Position numbers and translations under genes: made by a program
Source: an uncultured Chloroflexia bacterium
GTDB taxonomy: Bacteria > Chloroflexota > Limnocylindria > Limnocylindrales > CSP1-4
DNA: 64,000 nucleotides
Assembly (NCBI GenBank): GCA_963813335.1
Contig: CAWEYL010000001.1
Span: 992,001-1,056,000 of the forward strand
Reading direction: 5' to 3'
Notes under the pieces: generated by a model
What the model saw: only the letters and a program-made list of their open reading frames with translations
Databases searched by the model: none
Told to the model about the DNA's origin: nothing
Part shown: positions 50,483 through 60,227 of the stretch, piece after piece
How positions within the stretch are numbered: position 1 is the first letter of the stretch
Layout: each line of letters opens with the position of its first letter

Positions 50483-51352
50483 ATGAGCCCGAACCAGACC
50501 GGCGGCTTCCGCCTCACCGTGCTCGGCTGCAGCTCGGCCCCGCCCCACGAGGCGTGGCCCGCGGCCGGATTCCTGCTGGAGTGGGACACCACGACCGTGC
50601 TGCTGGACGTCGGCCAGGGCGTCGTCCGCCGCCTCCAGCGCCTGATGGACCCGACCCATCTGTCGGCCGTCGTGGTCGGGCACATGCACGCCGACCACTA
50701 CCTGGACCTCGTCGGCCTGCGCTACCTGTTCCCGTGGGGCGAGGCCGCCCTGGAGCCGCTGGCCCTCCACCTGCCGCCGGGCGGACGCGACCGGCTCGAC
50801 GCGCTCGCGACCGCGGTCTCCGAGCGGCCCGGGTTCTTCGACGCCGCGTTCGACGCCCGCGAGTACCGGCCCGACGAGCCGCTGCGCATCGGCCCGTTCA
50901 CGATCCGCTTCGTCCGCGGTCGCCACTACGTGCCGGCCTGGGGGGTGATCGTGGAGACGCCCGACGGGCGCCGCCTGGGGTATACCGGCGACACCGGGCC
51001 CAGCGATGCCGTGGTCGAGGCGATGCGCGGCGTGGACCTGCTCATGATCGAGGCCGGGCTGCGCCTGCCCAGCCACGACGACCCCGAGCGCGGCCATCTC
51101 ACCGCCGAGGAGGCGATCGACATGGCCGTCCGGAGCGAGGCGCGCTCGACCCTGCTCGTCCACTACGCCCCGGGTCGCCGTGCCGAGCTGCAGGGGCTGT
51201 GCGATGCGGTCGGACCGCAGATCCGGCCAGCCGTCGCGGGGCTGACGATCACGATCGGCACGGCCGGCGGCGATGGCACCGGCGCGTCGCTGCCGGCAGG
51301 TGCCTACGACCCGCGGGCCGCCTCGAGCGCGGCGTCGGCCCGCGACCGGTAG
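50483..51352 (+). CDS. Metallo-beta-lactamase-fold hydrolase (RNase Z-like / class II cNMP phosphodiesterase-like)
   Basis: LTVLGC, LLDVG, HMHADH, YTGDT, GHLT and LVH motifs. Confidence 0.88.
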   Translation: MSPNQTGGFRLTVLGCSSAPPHEAWPAAGFLLEWDTTTVLLDVGQGVVRRLQRLMDPTHLSAVVVGHMHADHYLDLVGLRYLFPWGEAALEPLALHLPPGGRDRLDALATAVSERPGFFDAAFDAREYRPDEPLRIGPFTIRFVRGRHYVPAWGVIVETPDGRRLGYTGDTGPSDAVVEAMRGVDLLMIEAGLRLPSHDDPERGHLTAEEAIDMAVRSEARSTLLVHYAPGRRAELQGLCDAVGPQIRPAVAGLTITIGTAGGDGTGASLPAGAYDPRAASSAASARDR

Positions 51353-53398
51353 TCGTCCGCGGCGTCGTCGGTGGCCAGGCCGGCCGCGGTCCGCCAGAAG
51401 GCCGCCGCCTCCGCCGGCGCACCGACGCCCAGGGCCGCAGCCGCCGCCGCCTCGAGCAGCGGGATCGCCCGGTCGGCATCGCCCGACGCGGCGCGATGGA
51501 CCGCGATCAGGCTGACCAGCATCGGGTCCGCGGCGGCCTCGAGGCGGTCCGCCAGCCGCGCGTGGAGCACCCGCCGGCGACTGGCCAGGAGGCCCGCGTA
51601 GGCGGCGTCGTGGATCAGCGGGTGGGCGAACCGCCACGCCCCGTCGTCGGTGGGGACGATCAGCCCGGCCTCGAGCAGCCGGTCGAGCGCGACGTCCGAC
51701 GGGGCGGCGCCCATCAGCTCAGCCGAGGCGGTCCGTGGTGAACCGCGACCCGACCACGGCGGCGACACCAAGCGCCTCGCGGGCGTCGTCGGGCAGGGCG
51801 TCGATCCGGGCCCCGAGCACCGCACGCAACGTCACCGGCAGGCCGACCAGCGGGGCGTCCGCCAGCGTCACGCGGCCGCCGTCCCAGGCCAGGGTCCCGT
51901 CCTGCAGGAAGGCCCGCACGGTCTCGGTCACGAACAGCGGATTGCCCGCGGTCCGGTCGTGGATGCGCCGCGCATCGTCGGCATCGAGGGCGGCGCGCGC
52001 GACCTGCGTGGCCAGCTGCGCCGTCTCGGGCATCGCGAGCCCGCCGAGGTCCAGCCGCTCGACGCCGGGCCATGACGCCCACGCCGGCGCCTGCCCGGGC
52101 CGCATCCCGGCGAGCACCACGATCGGCGCCCGCGCCGCCCGCTCGACGAGGACCTCGACCATGCCGGCGCTCGACGGGTCCATCCAGTGGAGATCGTCGA
52201 TGACGATCACCCGCGGCCCGGCCGTCTCGATGATGCGATCGATGTAGCGGCCCGCCACCTCGATCAGCGTGGCGGTGACGGCCGCCTGGTCGGCGGGCAC
52301 GTCCGGCGCCTCCGCCTCCCAGCCCGAGAACGCCGCGTCACGTGCGATCGCGGCGATCGCGCCGCCGTAGCGGCTGACCAGGGCGGGCTCGAGGTCCGGC
52401 GTGAACAGCATCGTCCGCGCAAAGGCCCCGGAGTCCATCCCGTGCTCGTCGGCGACGGCCTGGGCGAAGACGCGCGCGAACCGGTACGGCTCGGCCTGGC
52501 CGTACGAGGTGTTCTCCGTCCAGGTCCAGGCGAGGCCGCGCGCCCGGGCGTCGTCCTCGAGCTCCGCGAGGAGCCGGGTCTTGCCGATGCCCGCCTCGCC
52601 CACGAGCAGGATCGCGCCGCCGGCGCCGCCGGCGCGGCACCGGTCCAGCAGCGCGCGCAGCCGCCCGAGGTCGGCGTCACGACCGACCAGCGGGCCAGTC
52701 ACGGGCATCCGGTAGGTGGCGGGGCCGCCGAACGACGGTCCCGCCTCGAGCACGTGGATCCCGACCGGCTCGGACTGGCCGCGCAGGACCACCGATCCGC
52801 GGTCGGCGACGCGCAGCCGCCCGCGGGCCGCCTCGAGCGTGGCCGTATCGAGGAGGATCTCGCCACGCCGGGCCAGCGACTGGATCCGCGCGGCGGTCGT
52901 GATGGCGGACCCGGTCAGGGCGAGGTCGTCGGTCCCGCTCCCGTCGCGCGCGGTCGTGACCACCTCCCCGGTCGCGATCCCGATGCGGACCTCGAGCGGC
53001 TCGCCGCCGGACTCCACCCCGCGCAGCACGTGCCGGATGGCGAGCGCCGCGAGCGTCGCGCGGACCGCGTCGTCGTCGTGCGCGCGCGGCCAGCCGAACA
53101 CGGCGAAGACCGCGTCGCCGATGAACTTCTCGCGGGTCCCGCCGTACGCCTCGATCGCGTCGGCCATCGCGACGAGCGCGGTGCGGACGCGCTGGCGGAC
53201 GACCTCGGGGTCGTGCTCGGCCACCATCCGCACGTAGTCGACCAGGTCGGCGAAGAGCGCGGTCACGATCCGCCGGTCGCCGGGCTCGCCGATGCCGGTC
53301 GGCCCATGCCGCGCCGCGGCCGCATCGAAGGAGGTCCCGCAACGCGCGCAGCTCAGGGCGTCGGCCGCCAGCGGGGCGCCGCACGTGCCACATCGCAC
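51304..53398 (-). CDS. Zinc ribbon + class III nucleotide cyclase + STAND ATPase; +1 frameshift near 51723
   Basis: CGTC...CARC; LFADL, KFIGDAV, RIGIATG, AARIQ; GEAGIGKTRL, IDDLHW, GNPLF; FAHPLIHDAAY in the second frame. Confidence 0.9.
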
Positions 53399-53477
53399 CG
53401 CTTGGTGCTCCTTCTTTCGCGCGCTCGAGGGGAAGTCTAGCGGGGACGCGCTGCCGGACGCCCGTCCGGACGCGTCC

Positions 53478-54557
53478 TCAGGAGACGGTCAGGATCGGCT
53501 GGGAGGCCGCCTGCGCGGCGCGCACGCTCATCCGCGCCGCGACCGCGCCGGCCACCGCGGTGAGCGCCCGGGCCGCCGGACCCGGTTCGCGCTGGGCCAC
53601 GGCCGGCACGCCGACATCGCCGCCCTGGCGGACCGTCACGTCGAGGGGGACCGCGCCGAGGAAGTCGAGGCCGTTCTCGGCCGCGAACCGCTCGCCGCCG
53701 CCGCGGCCGAAGATCTCCGTCAGCTCCCCGCAGTGCGGGCACACGAAGGCGGTCATGTTCTCGACGAGCCCGAGGATCGGCACGCTCATCCGCTTGAACA
53801 TGGCGAGCGCCTTGGCCACGTCGGAGAGCGCGACCTCCTGCGGCGTCGTGACGAGCACCGCGCCCGAGATCGGGACCGCCTGGGCCAGGGTCAGCTGGGC
53901 GTCGGAGGTGCCGGGCGGCAGGTCGATGACGAGGTAGTCGAGCTCACCCCAGTCGACGTCGCGCAGGAACTGCTGGATCGCCCCGCCGACGAGCGGCCCG
54001 CGCCACACGATGGGCTGGCCCTCCGGGACGAAGAACTGGATCGAGATGACCTTGACGCCGTGGCGCTCCATCGGCTCGATCTTGTTGTCCGCGGTGGCCT
54101 TCGGCTGGCCGGAGACGCCGAGCATCATCGGGATGTTGGGACCGGTGATGTCCGCATCGAGGAGCCCGACGCTCGCGCCCGCCTGGGCGAGCGCGACGGC
54201 CAGGTTGACGCTGATGGTGCTCTTGCCGACGCCGCCCTTGCCTGAGGCCACCGCGATCACGTTCTTGACCCCGGGCAGCAGCTGCTCGGCCTGGCGCGGG
54301 CTGGCCCGCCGGACCATCGCGCCCCACGTGATGTCGATGCGCTCCGCCCCGATCGCCCCGAGGACGGCGCGGGCGTTCCCCTCGATCTCGTCCTTGAGGG
54401 GGCAGGCCGGCGTCGTCAGTTCGATCGTGAAGGCAACGGCCGCATCGTCGATCACGATGTCCTTGACCATCTCGAGGGTGACGATGTCGCGTCCGAGCTC
54501 GGGCTCCTGGACGGCGCGCAGGGCGTCGATGACGGCGGTCTCGGTCAGGTCGGGCAT
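53478..54557 (-). CDS. mrp: Mrp/ApbC Fe-S cluster carrier ATPase
   Basis: DUF59-like N-terminus (TTPACP), SGKGGVGKS, WRGP, DLPPGT and CPHC motifs. Confidence 0.95.
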   Translation of the reverse strand: MPDLTETAVIDALRAVQEPELGRDIVTLEMVKDIVIDDAAVAFTIELTTPACPLKDEIEGNARAVLGAIGAERIDITWGAMVRRASPRQAEQLLPGVKNVIAVASGKGGVGKSTISVNLAVALAQAGASVGLLDADITGPNIPMMLGVSGQPKATADNKIEPMERHGVKVISIQFFVPEGQPIVWRGPLVGGAIQQFLRDVDWGELDYLVIDLPPGTSDAQLTLAQAVPISGAVLVTTPQEVALSDVAKALAMFKRMSVPILGLVENMTAFVCPHCGELTEIFGRGGGERFAAENGLDFLGAVPLDVTVRQGGDVGVPAVAQREPGPAARALTAVAGAVAARMSVRAAQAASQPILTVS

Positions 54558-54897
54558 GGGCGGTCTGGATCCCTTCGGACGAGGTTCTGACGGGCGCTGC
54601 GTCAGTATCGTACCGCGCCCCGCGCTCCCGCGGTCGGAGCGGTTCCGGGCGGGTCGCGCAGGCGCAAGCTCCGGGGCCGCGACTTTGGGACACGGGGAGC
54701 ACCATCCGGCTCCGGCCGCGACATAAGACGTCGAATGGAGCGTGCCCCGGACCGGCCGACGCGGGAACGGTCCGACGAGGCCATCCGATCCGGGTTCACC
54801 CGTTGGATGGTTGGGGTGGTGTTCCGTGCGCGGCGCTCATCGAGGTGGGGCCGTCTCGAGTAAGCGGGCGGTGATCGGCACCTTGCACACTCGAGCC

Positions 54898-55548
54898 ATG
54901 GGTGTCCGGGAATCGACGAGAGCGCGAGCGGATCGCACGGCACGCGAACAGGTTCGCCGGGTCGGCGAGGAGCTCCGCATCGGTCGAGTGACGGCGGGCC
55001 TCAGTCAGCGCTCGCTTGGCCGGATCGTCGGGCGGTCTCACGCGACGATCGGTCGGATCGAGCGGGGCGAGCAGCTGTCGGTTCGCGTCGGGATGCTCGT
55101 TCGGATCGCCGCAGCGCTGGGCATGGACCTTCGCGTTTCCATGTTCCCGACAGGTACCCCGGTTCGTGACGCCGGTCACCTTGCCCTGATCGCGAGACTC
55201 CGAAGCCGAGTGGCGCCCGCGTTGACCTGGCGGACGGAGGTCGCGATCCCGATCCCCGGCGACCTTCGGGCCGCCGACGTCGTCATCCGCGGCGCCGATT
55301 TCGACGCGATGGTCGAGGCTGAGACTCGCCTCGGGGACCTCCAGGCGCTCGATCGGCGGTCGACGACGAAGCAGCGTGACCTCGGAACGACCCACGTCAT
55401 CCTGCTCGTCGCCGACACGAGGCACAACCGGCAGGTGCTCGAAGCGTATCCGCAGTTCCTCGAGCGGTTCCCGATCTCCACCCGGGCGTGCCTGAAGGCA
55501 CTGGCCGAGGGCCGCGATCCAGCAGGCGACGCGCTCGTCATCCTCTGA
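54898..55548 (+). CDS. XRE-type HTH fused to a probable PD-(D/E)XK/DUF559-like nuclease domain
   Basis: LSQRSLGRIVGRSHATIGRIERG HTH; then TEV...AADVV...VEAETR acidic motif. The nuclease call is an inference. Confidence 0.75.
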   Translation: MGVRESTRARADRTAREQVRRVGEELRIGRVTAGLSQRSLGRIVGRSHATIGRIERGEQLSVRVGMLVRIAAALGMDLRVSMFPTGTPVRDAGHLALIARLRSRVAPALTWRTEVAIPIPGDLRAADVVIRGADFDAMVEAETRLGDLQALDRRSTTKQRDLGTTHVILLVADTRHNRQVLEAYPQFLERFPISTRACLKALAEGRDPAGDALVIL

Positions 55549-55847
55549 ACCCGAACCCGACCGGTGCGACGGCCCCGGCGTGCGCTCCACGTCGGTCACA
55601 CAGCTCGCCAAACGACGAAGGAACGATCACTCGGTCGTCGACTGGCCAGGGCCGTGAACCGACGAACGGAGGAAGGCTGCATCCGGCCGCCCCGGCGGTC
55701 GCTCGGGGGCCGGACGGTGCGTGTCACACGCCGATCGCGGGAGCCGTTCCGAGATGGGCACGCGATCCTTCGAACCCAGCACGTTCGGGGGCTCGGAGCG
55801 TGCGAATCTCGCACGTTCCGTCCCCGACGGTCACGAGTCCCGTCGCC

Positions 55848-55877
55848 TTGACACCAAGAACGTGCGACCCATATCCT
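55848..55877 (+). promoter_or_regulatory. Sigma70-type promoter of the polyamine transport operon
   Basis: TTGACA-N18-TATCCT about 120 nt upstream of AGGAG...GTG at 55997. Confidence 0.6.
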
Positions 55878-55996
55878 CGCCCGCATCCGGGCCGTGCCGG
55901 CAGGCCGACCGTGGTCGCGTTGGGTGGGACGCGCGACCCCGGGTTCCCCCCGTCCGCGGCATCCTTCACGTACTGCCTGCAGGAGTACCAACGAAC

Positions 55997-58417
55997 GTGC
56001 CCGCCGTCGACGTCAGGCTCGTGGACGTGGTCAAGCGCTACGGCGATGCCGTGGCCGTGGACCACATCAACCTGGAGGTCCAGACCGGCGAGTTCTTCAG
56101 CCTGCTGGGACCATCCGGATGCGGAAAGACCACCACCCTTCGGATGATCGGCGGCTTCGAGGCGCCGACCTCCGGGCTCATCGAGCTCAAGGGCCAGGAC
56201 GTGACGTGGCTGCCGCCGTACAAGCGCCACGTGAACACCGTCTTCCAGAACTACGCCCTGTTCCCGCACCTCAACGTCTACGAGAACGTGGCGTTCGGGC
56301 TCCGCCGCAGCGGGGCCAAGGACGACGAGGTGCGCAGCCGCGTCACCGAGATGCTCAAGCTCGTCGAGCTGCCCGGCTTCGAGTACCGCAAGCCCAACCA
56401 GGTCTCCGGCGGGCAGGCCCAGCGCGTCGCGCTCGCGCGGGCCCTCATCAACCGCCCGTCGGTGCTGCTCCTCGACGAGCCGCTCGGTGCCCTCGACCTC
56501 AAGCTGCGCAAGCAGATGCAGGTGGAGCTCAAGCGGATCCAGCAGGAAGTCGGCATCACCTTCATCTTCGTGACCCACGACCAGGAAGAAGCGATGACGA
56601 TGTCCGATCGCATCGCGGTGATGAACCACGGCCGCTACGAGCAGCTCGCCGATCCCGCAAGCCTCTACGAGAAGCCCCGGACGCGGTTCGTCGCGGGCTT
56701 CCTCGGGGTCAGCAACCTGCTCCCCGCCAAGGCCGCCGGCACGGCCGACGGCTACACCATCGCGCGCATGGCGGACGACACGCCGATCCGCGTGCCGAGC
56801 GCGCTCGTCGAGGGCTTCGACGGCTTCGAGGTCGGCGTCCGCCCCGAGAAGATCAAGCTCTCCGAGCTGACCGATCCGGTCCCCGACGGCGTGAACCAGC
56901 TGGTCGGCGTGATCCGCGACGTCTCGTACCTCGGCGTGTCGACCAGCTACATCGTCGATACCCGCGGCCACAGCTCGGTCACGGTCTACGAGCAGAACGT
57001 CGAGCGCGCGACCCGCGCCGAGCTGTGGCGCCCGGGCGAGGACGTCCGCCTCACTTGGCTGCCGGACCACACCTTCGCCGTCGAGGGGGCGGCTCCCCCG
57101 CCGAGCGACACGGACGAGGACGGCGCGCTGCTCGTCGCGGCCCCGCCGCCGCCTCCCCCGGTCGTCTCGCGGCGCCGCTTCATCGTCGGCGGCGCGCTCG
57201 CCGTGGGTGCCGTCGGCCTGGTGGCGTTCCTGGCCAACTCGAACAGCGGCGGGACGGCCGCGGCCTCCGCGTCGCCGTCGAGCGCCCCGTCGCCGACGCC
57301 GCTCCCGTCGGTCGGGCCATCGGCCAGCGCCGGGCCCGTCACGCCGCCACCGAACCAGGTGGCGACCGGCCCGCTCAAGTTCGCGAACTGGCCGGCCTAC
57401 ATCGACCAGGCGACCGAGGCGGACGCGGCGACCGGCGTGCTCCCGCCGGGCTCCTCGCAGACCCTCGTCGACTTCACCAAGAAGTACGGCGTCGAGGTCG
57501 ACTACGAGGAGAAGATCGGCGACAACGCAGTTTCGTCCAGACCATCACGCCGGCACTCGTCGGCGGCCTCGCGACCGGCTGGGACCTGATGGTCCTGACC
57601 GACTGGATGGCCGGCAAGCTCATCTCGAAGTCGTGGTGCGAGCAGATCCTCCAGGCCAATGTCCCCAACTGCGTCGCCAACCTGCGCGAGCCGATGAGGA
57701 ACGTGGCGTGGGACCCGACCAACGATTTCCACTACCCGTGGCAGTCGGGCATGACCGGGATCGGCTACAACCTCAAGACGCTCACCGACAACAAGATCCC
57801 GGAGCCGAAGAAGATCGCCGACCTGTGGAGCATCCCGGCCGACAAGATGAGCTTCCTCAGCGAGGCCCGCGACACGTTCGGGCTCGGATTGCTCAAGCTC
57901 GGCCTCAAGGCCGATCCCGGCCACGGTCACCGCGGCGGACCTCCAGGCGGTCCACGACGACATCCAGCCGCTGGTCGACGGTGGCCTCCGCTTCCAGGGC
58001 AACGAGTACCTCCAGGACTTCGCCCAGAAGAAGGCCTGGGCGGCGTTCGTCTGGTCGGGCGACCTCGCGTCGTCGGGAACCAAGGACGACCGCTTCGCCT
58101 TCCCCGAGGAAGGCACCATGCTCTGGACTGACAATATGCTCATCCCGAAGGGCGCGGCGAACAAGTACACGGCCGAGCTGATGATGAACTTCGTGTACGA
58201 CATCCAGGTCGCCGCCCAGATCGCCGACTACGTCTACTACGTCTCGCCGGTGGCCGGCATCGAGGCGGCCATCGAGGCCCTCGACCCGGGCGCGTCGACC
58301 AATCCGCTGCTGTTCCCGCCGCCGGAGGTGGTCGCGAAGCAGCAGAACTTCCAGTTCCTGTCCCCGGAGATCGAGGACGTGCTCAACGCGCTCTACGCGA
58401 ACCTGTCCGGCACGTGA
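55997..58417 (+). CDS. Fused PotA-type ABC ATPase / PotD-type polyamine-binding protein; frameshifts near 57528 and 57917
   Basis: GPSGCGKTT, SGGQ, LLDEP, VTHDQEEA and TOBE domain; then SRRRFIVGG-TM and LKFANWPAYID. YPWQSGMTGIGYN and VWSGD...WTDNMLIPK follow in shifted frames. Confidence 0.85.
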
Positions 58418-58435
58418 TCGAGGCCCGCTGACCGC

Positions 58436-59332
58436 ATGACCGCGACGACGACCGCCAAGGCCCCCACCGGACCCGGCTGGCGCGGCCGACTGGCCAAGGC
58501 GCTGCCGTACATCCTGCTGGCGCCGGGGCTGCTCTTCCTGTTCGTCTTCTTCGTCATCCCCGCGATCCAGATGTTCACGTACTCGATCTCGACCGGGTCG
58601 GTCGAGGAAGGGTTCAAGATCACCTGGACGCTCGATGCCTACCGCGAGGGCCTCGAGACCTTCGGGAAGCAGTTCCTCAACTCGATCCTGTACGGCGGGG
58701 TCGCGACGATCCTGTGCCTCCTGATCGGGTTCCCGGTGGCCTACACCATCGCGTTCCGCGGCGGCCGCTACAAGAACCTGATCCTGTTCCTGGTCATCGC
58801 CCCGTTCTTCACCAGCTTCCTGATCCGCACCATCAGCTGGAAGATCCTGCTCGGTGACGAGGGACCGGTCCTCGGGCCGCTCAAGCACACCCTCAGCATC
58901 ATCCCGGGCGCGTTCAGCCTGCTCGGGACGCCCATCGCGCAGGTCATGGGGATCACCTACAACTTCCTGCCGTTCATGATCCTGCCGCTGTACGTCGCCC
59001 TCGAGAAGATCGACTACCGCCTGATCGAGGCGGCCGAGGACCTCTATGCGAACCGGGCCGCCGCGTTCCGCCGCGTGACGTTCCCGCTCGCCCTGCCCGG
59101 CGTCTTCGCCGGCTCGCTGCTGACGTTCATCCCGGCGATGGGCGACTACATCAACGCCGAGCTGCTCGGCAACCCGGGCACGCGGATGATCGGCAACGTC
59201 ATCCAGAACCGGCTGCTGGTCCAGAACGACTACCCGGTCGGCTCGGCGCTGTCGTTCATCCTGATGGCCGGGATCCTCATCGCCGTGGCCGTGTACGCAC
59301 GTGCCCTCGGCACCGAGCAGCTGACCGGCTGA
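58436..59332 (+). CDS. potB: Polyamine ABC transporter permease
   Basis: PFFTSFLIR, LPFMILPLY and EAAEDL motifs. Confidence 0.92.
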   Translation: MTATTTAKAPTGPGWRGRLAKALPYILLAPGLLFLFVFFVIPAIQMFTYSISTGSVEEGFKITWTLDAYREGLETFGKQFLNSILYGGVATILCLLIGFPVAYTIAFRGGRYKNLILFLVIAPFFTSFLIRTISWKILLGDEGPVLGPLKHTLSIIPGAFSLLGTPIAQVMGITYNFLPFMILPLYVALEKIDYRLIEAAEDLYANRAAAFRRVTFPLALPGVFAGSLLTFIPAMGDYINAELLGNPGTRMIGNVIQNRLLVQNDYPVGSALSFILMAGILIAVAVYARALGTEQLTG

Positions 59333-60214
59333 TGGCGACGGTCGAAGCGTCCAGCGGCGCGATCTCGACGGCCCCGCCCAAGGGGTCGCTCTGGCAGCGC
59401 GTCCAGCCCAAGCTGCTGCCCGGGTTCACGGTCCTGGCGATCATCTACCTGATGATCCCGATCGCCGTGATGATCATCTTCTCGTTCAACGAGCCCGAGG
59501 GGAAGTTCAACTACATCTGGAACCACTTCTCGCTGCAGGGCTGGCTGCATCCGTTCGACTGGCCGGGACTCCCCGACGCGGTCCGGACGAGCCTCGTGAT
59601 CGCGCTCCTGTCGACCGATCTTCGCCACGATCCTCGGGACGATGATCGGGCTGGCGCTCACGCGCTACCAGTTCCGCGGGCGCGGCGCGCTCAACGGGAT
59701 CATCTTCCTGCCGATGGCGACCCCGGAGATCGTCCTCGGCGCGAGCCTGCTGACCCTGTTCGTCGCCACCGCGCTGCCGCCGCTGGCGGGCAAGGTCCCG
59801 GCCCTCTACCCGACCGGCTTCACGACGATCCTGATCGCCCACATCATGTTCAACATCAGCTTCGTGGTGGTGACGGTGAAGGCCCGCCTCCAGGGCTTCG
59901 ACCGCCGCCTCGAGGAGGCGGCGATGGACCTCGGCGCGAACGAGGTGACGACCTTCTGGAAGGTCACCTTCCCGCTGATCCTGCCCGGCGTCATGGCCGC
60001 CGCGCTGCTGGCGTTCAGCCTCTCGATCGACGACTTCGTCATCACCAACTTCGTGTCGGGCACCACGAACACGTTCCCGATCTGGATCTACTCGATCCAG
60101 CGCAACGCCCTGCCGGTCCAGATCAACGTCATCGGCTCGATCATCTTCCTCGGCGCGGTCGGCCTGGTCGGGCTGAGCACGCTCCGCTCGGGACGAGCCG
60201 CCCGGATCCGCTAG
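59332..60214 (+). CDS. potC: Polyamine ABC transporter permease; +1 frameshift near 59616
   Basis: IIFSFN in the first frame; PEIVLG, EEAAMDLGA and FSLSIDDFV in the second. Confidence 0.9.
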
Positions 60215-60227
60215 CCTGGGGGCCCCC

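Noticed and set aside
50483-53398. Pycsar/CBASS anti-phage system
   Set aside because: No TIR or TM effector fused to a cNMP-binding domain is present. The cyclase has the common zinc-ribbon/STAND architecture, and the locus has native composition among housekeeping genes.
55771-55787. GAAC...GTTC as a Gram-positive-type SOS box
   Set aside because: The spacer is 7 nt rather than 4.
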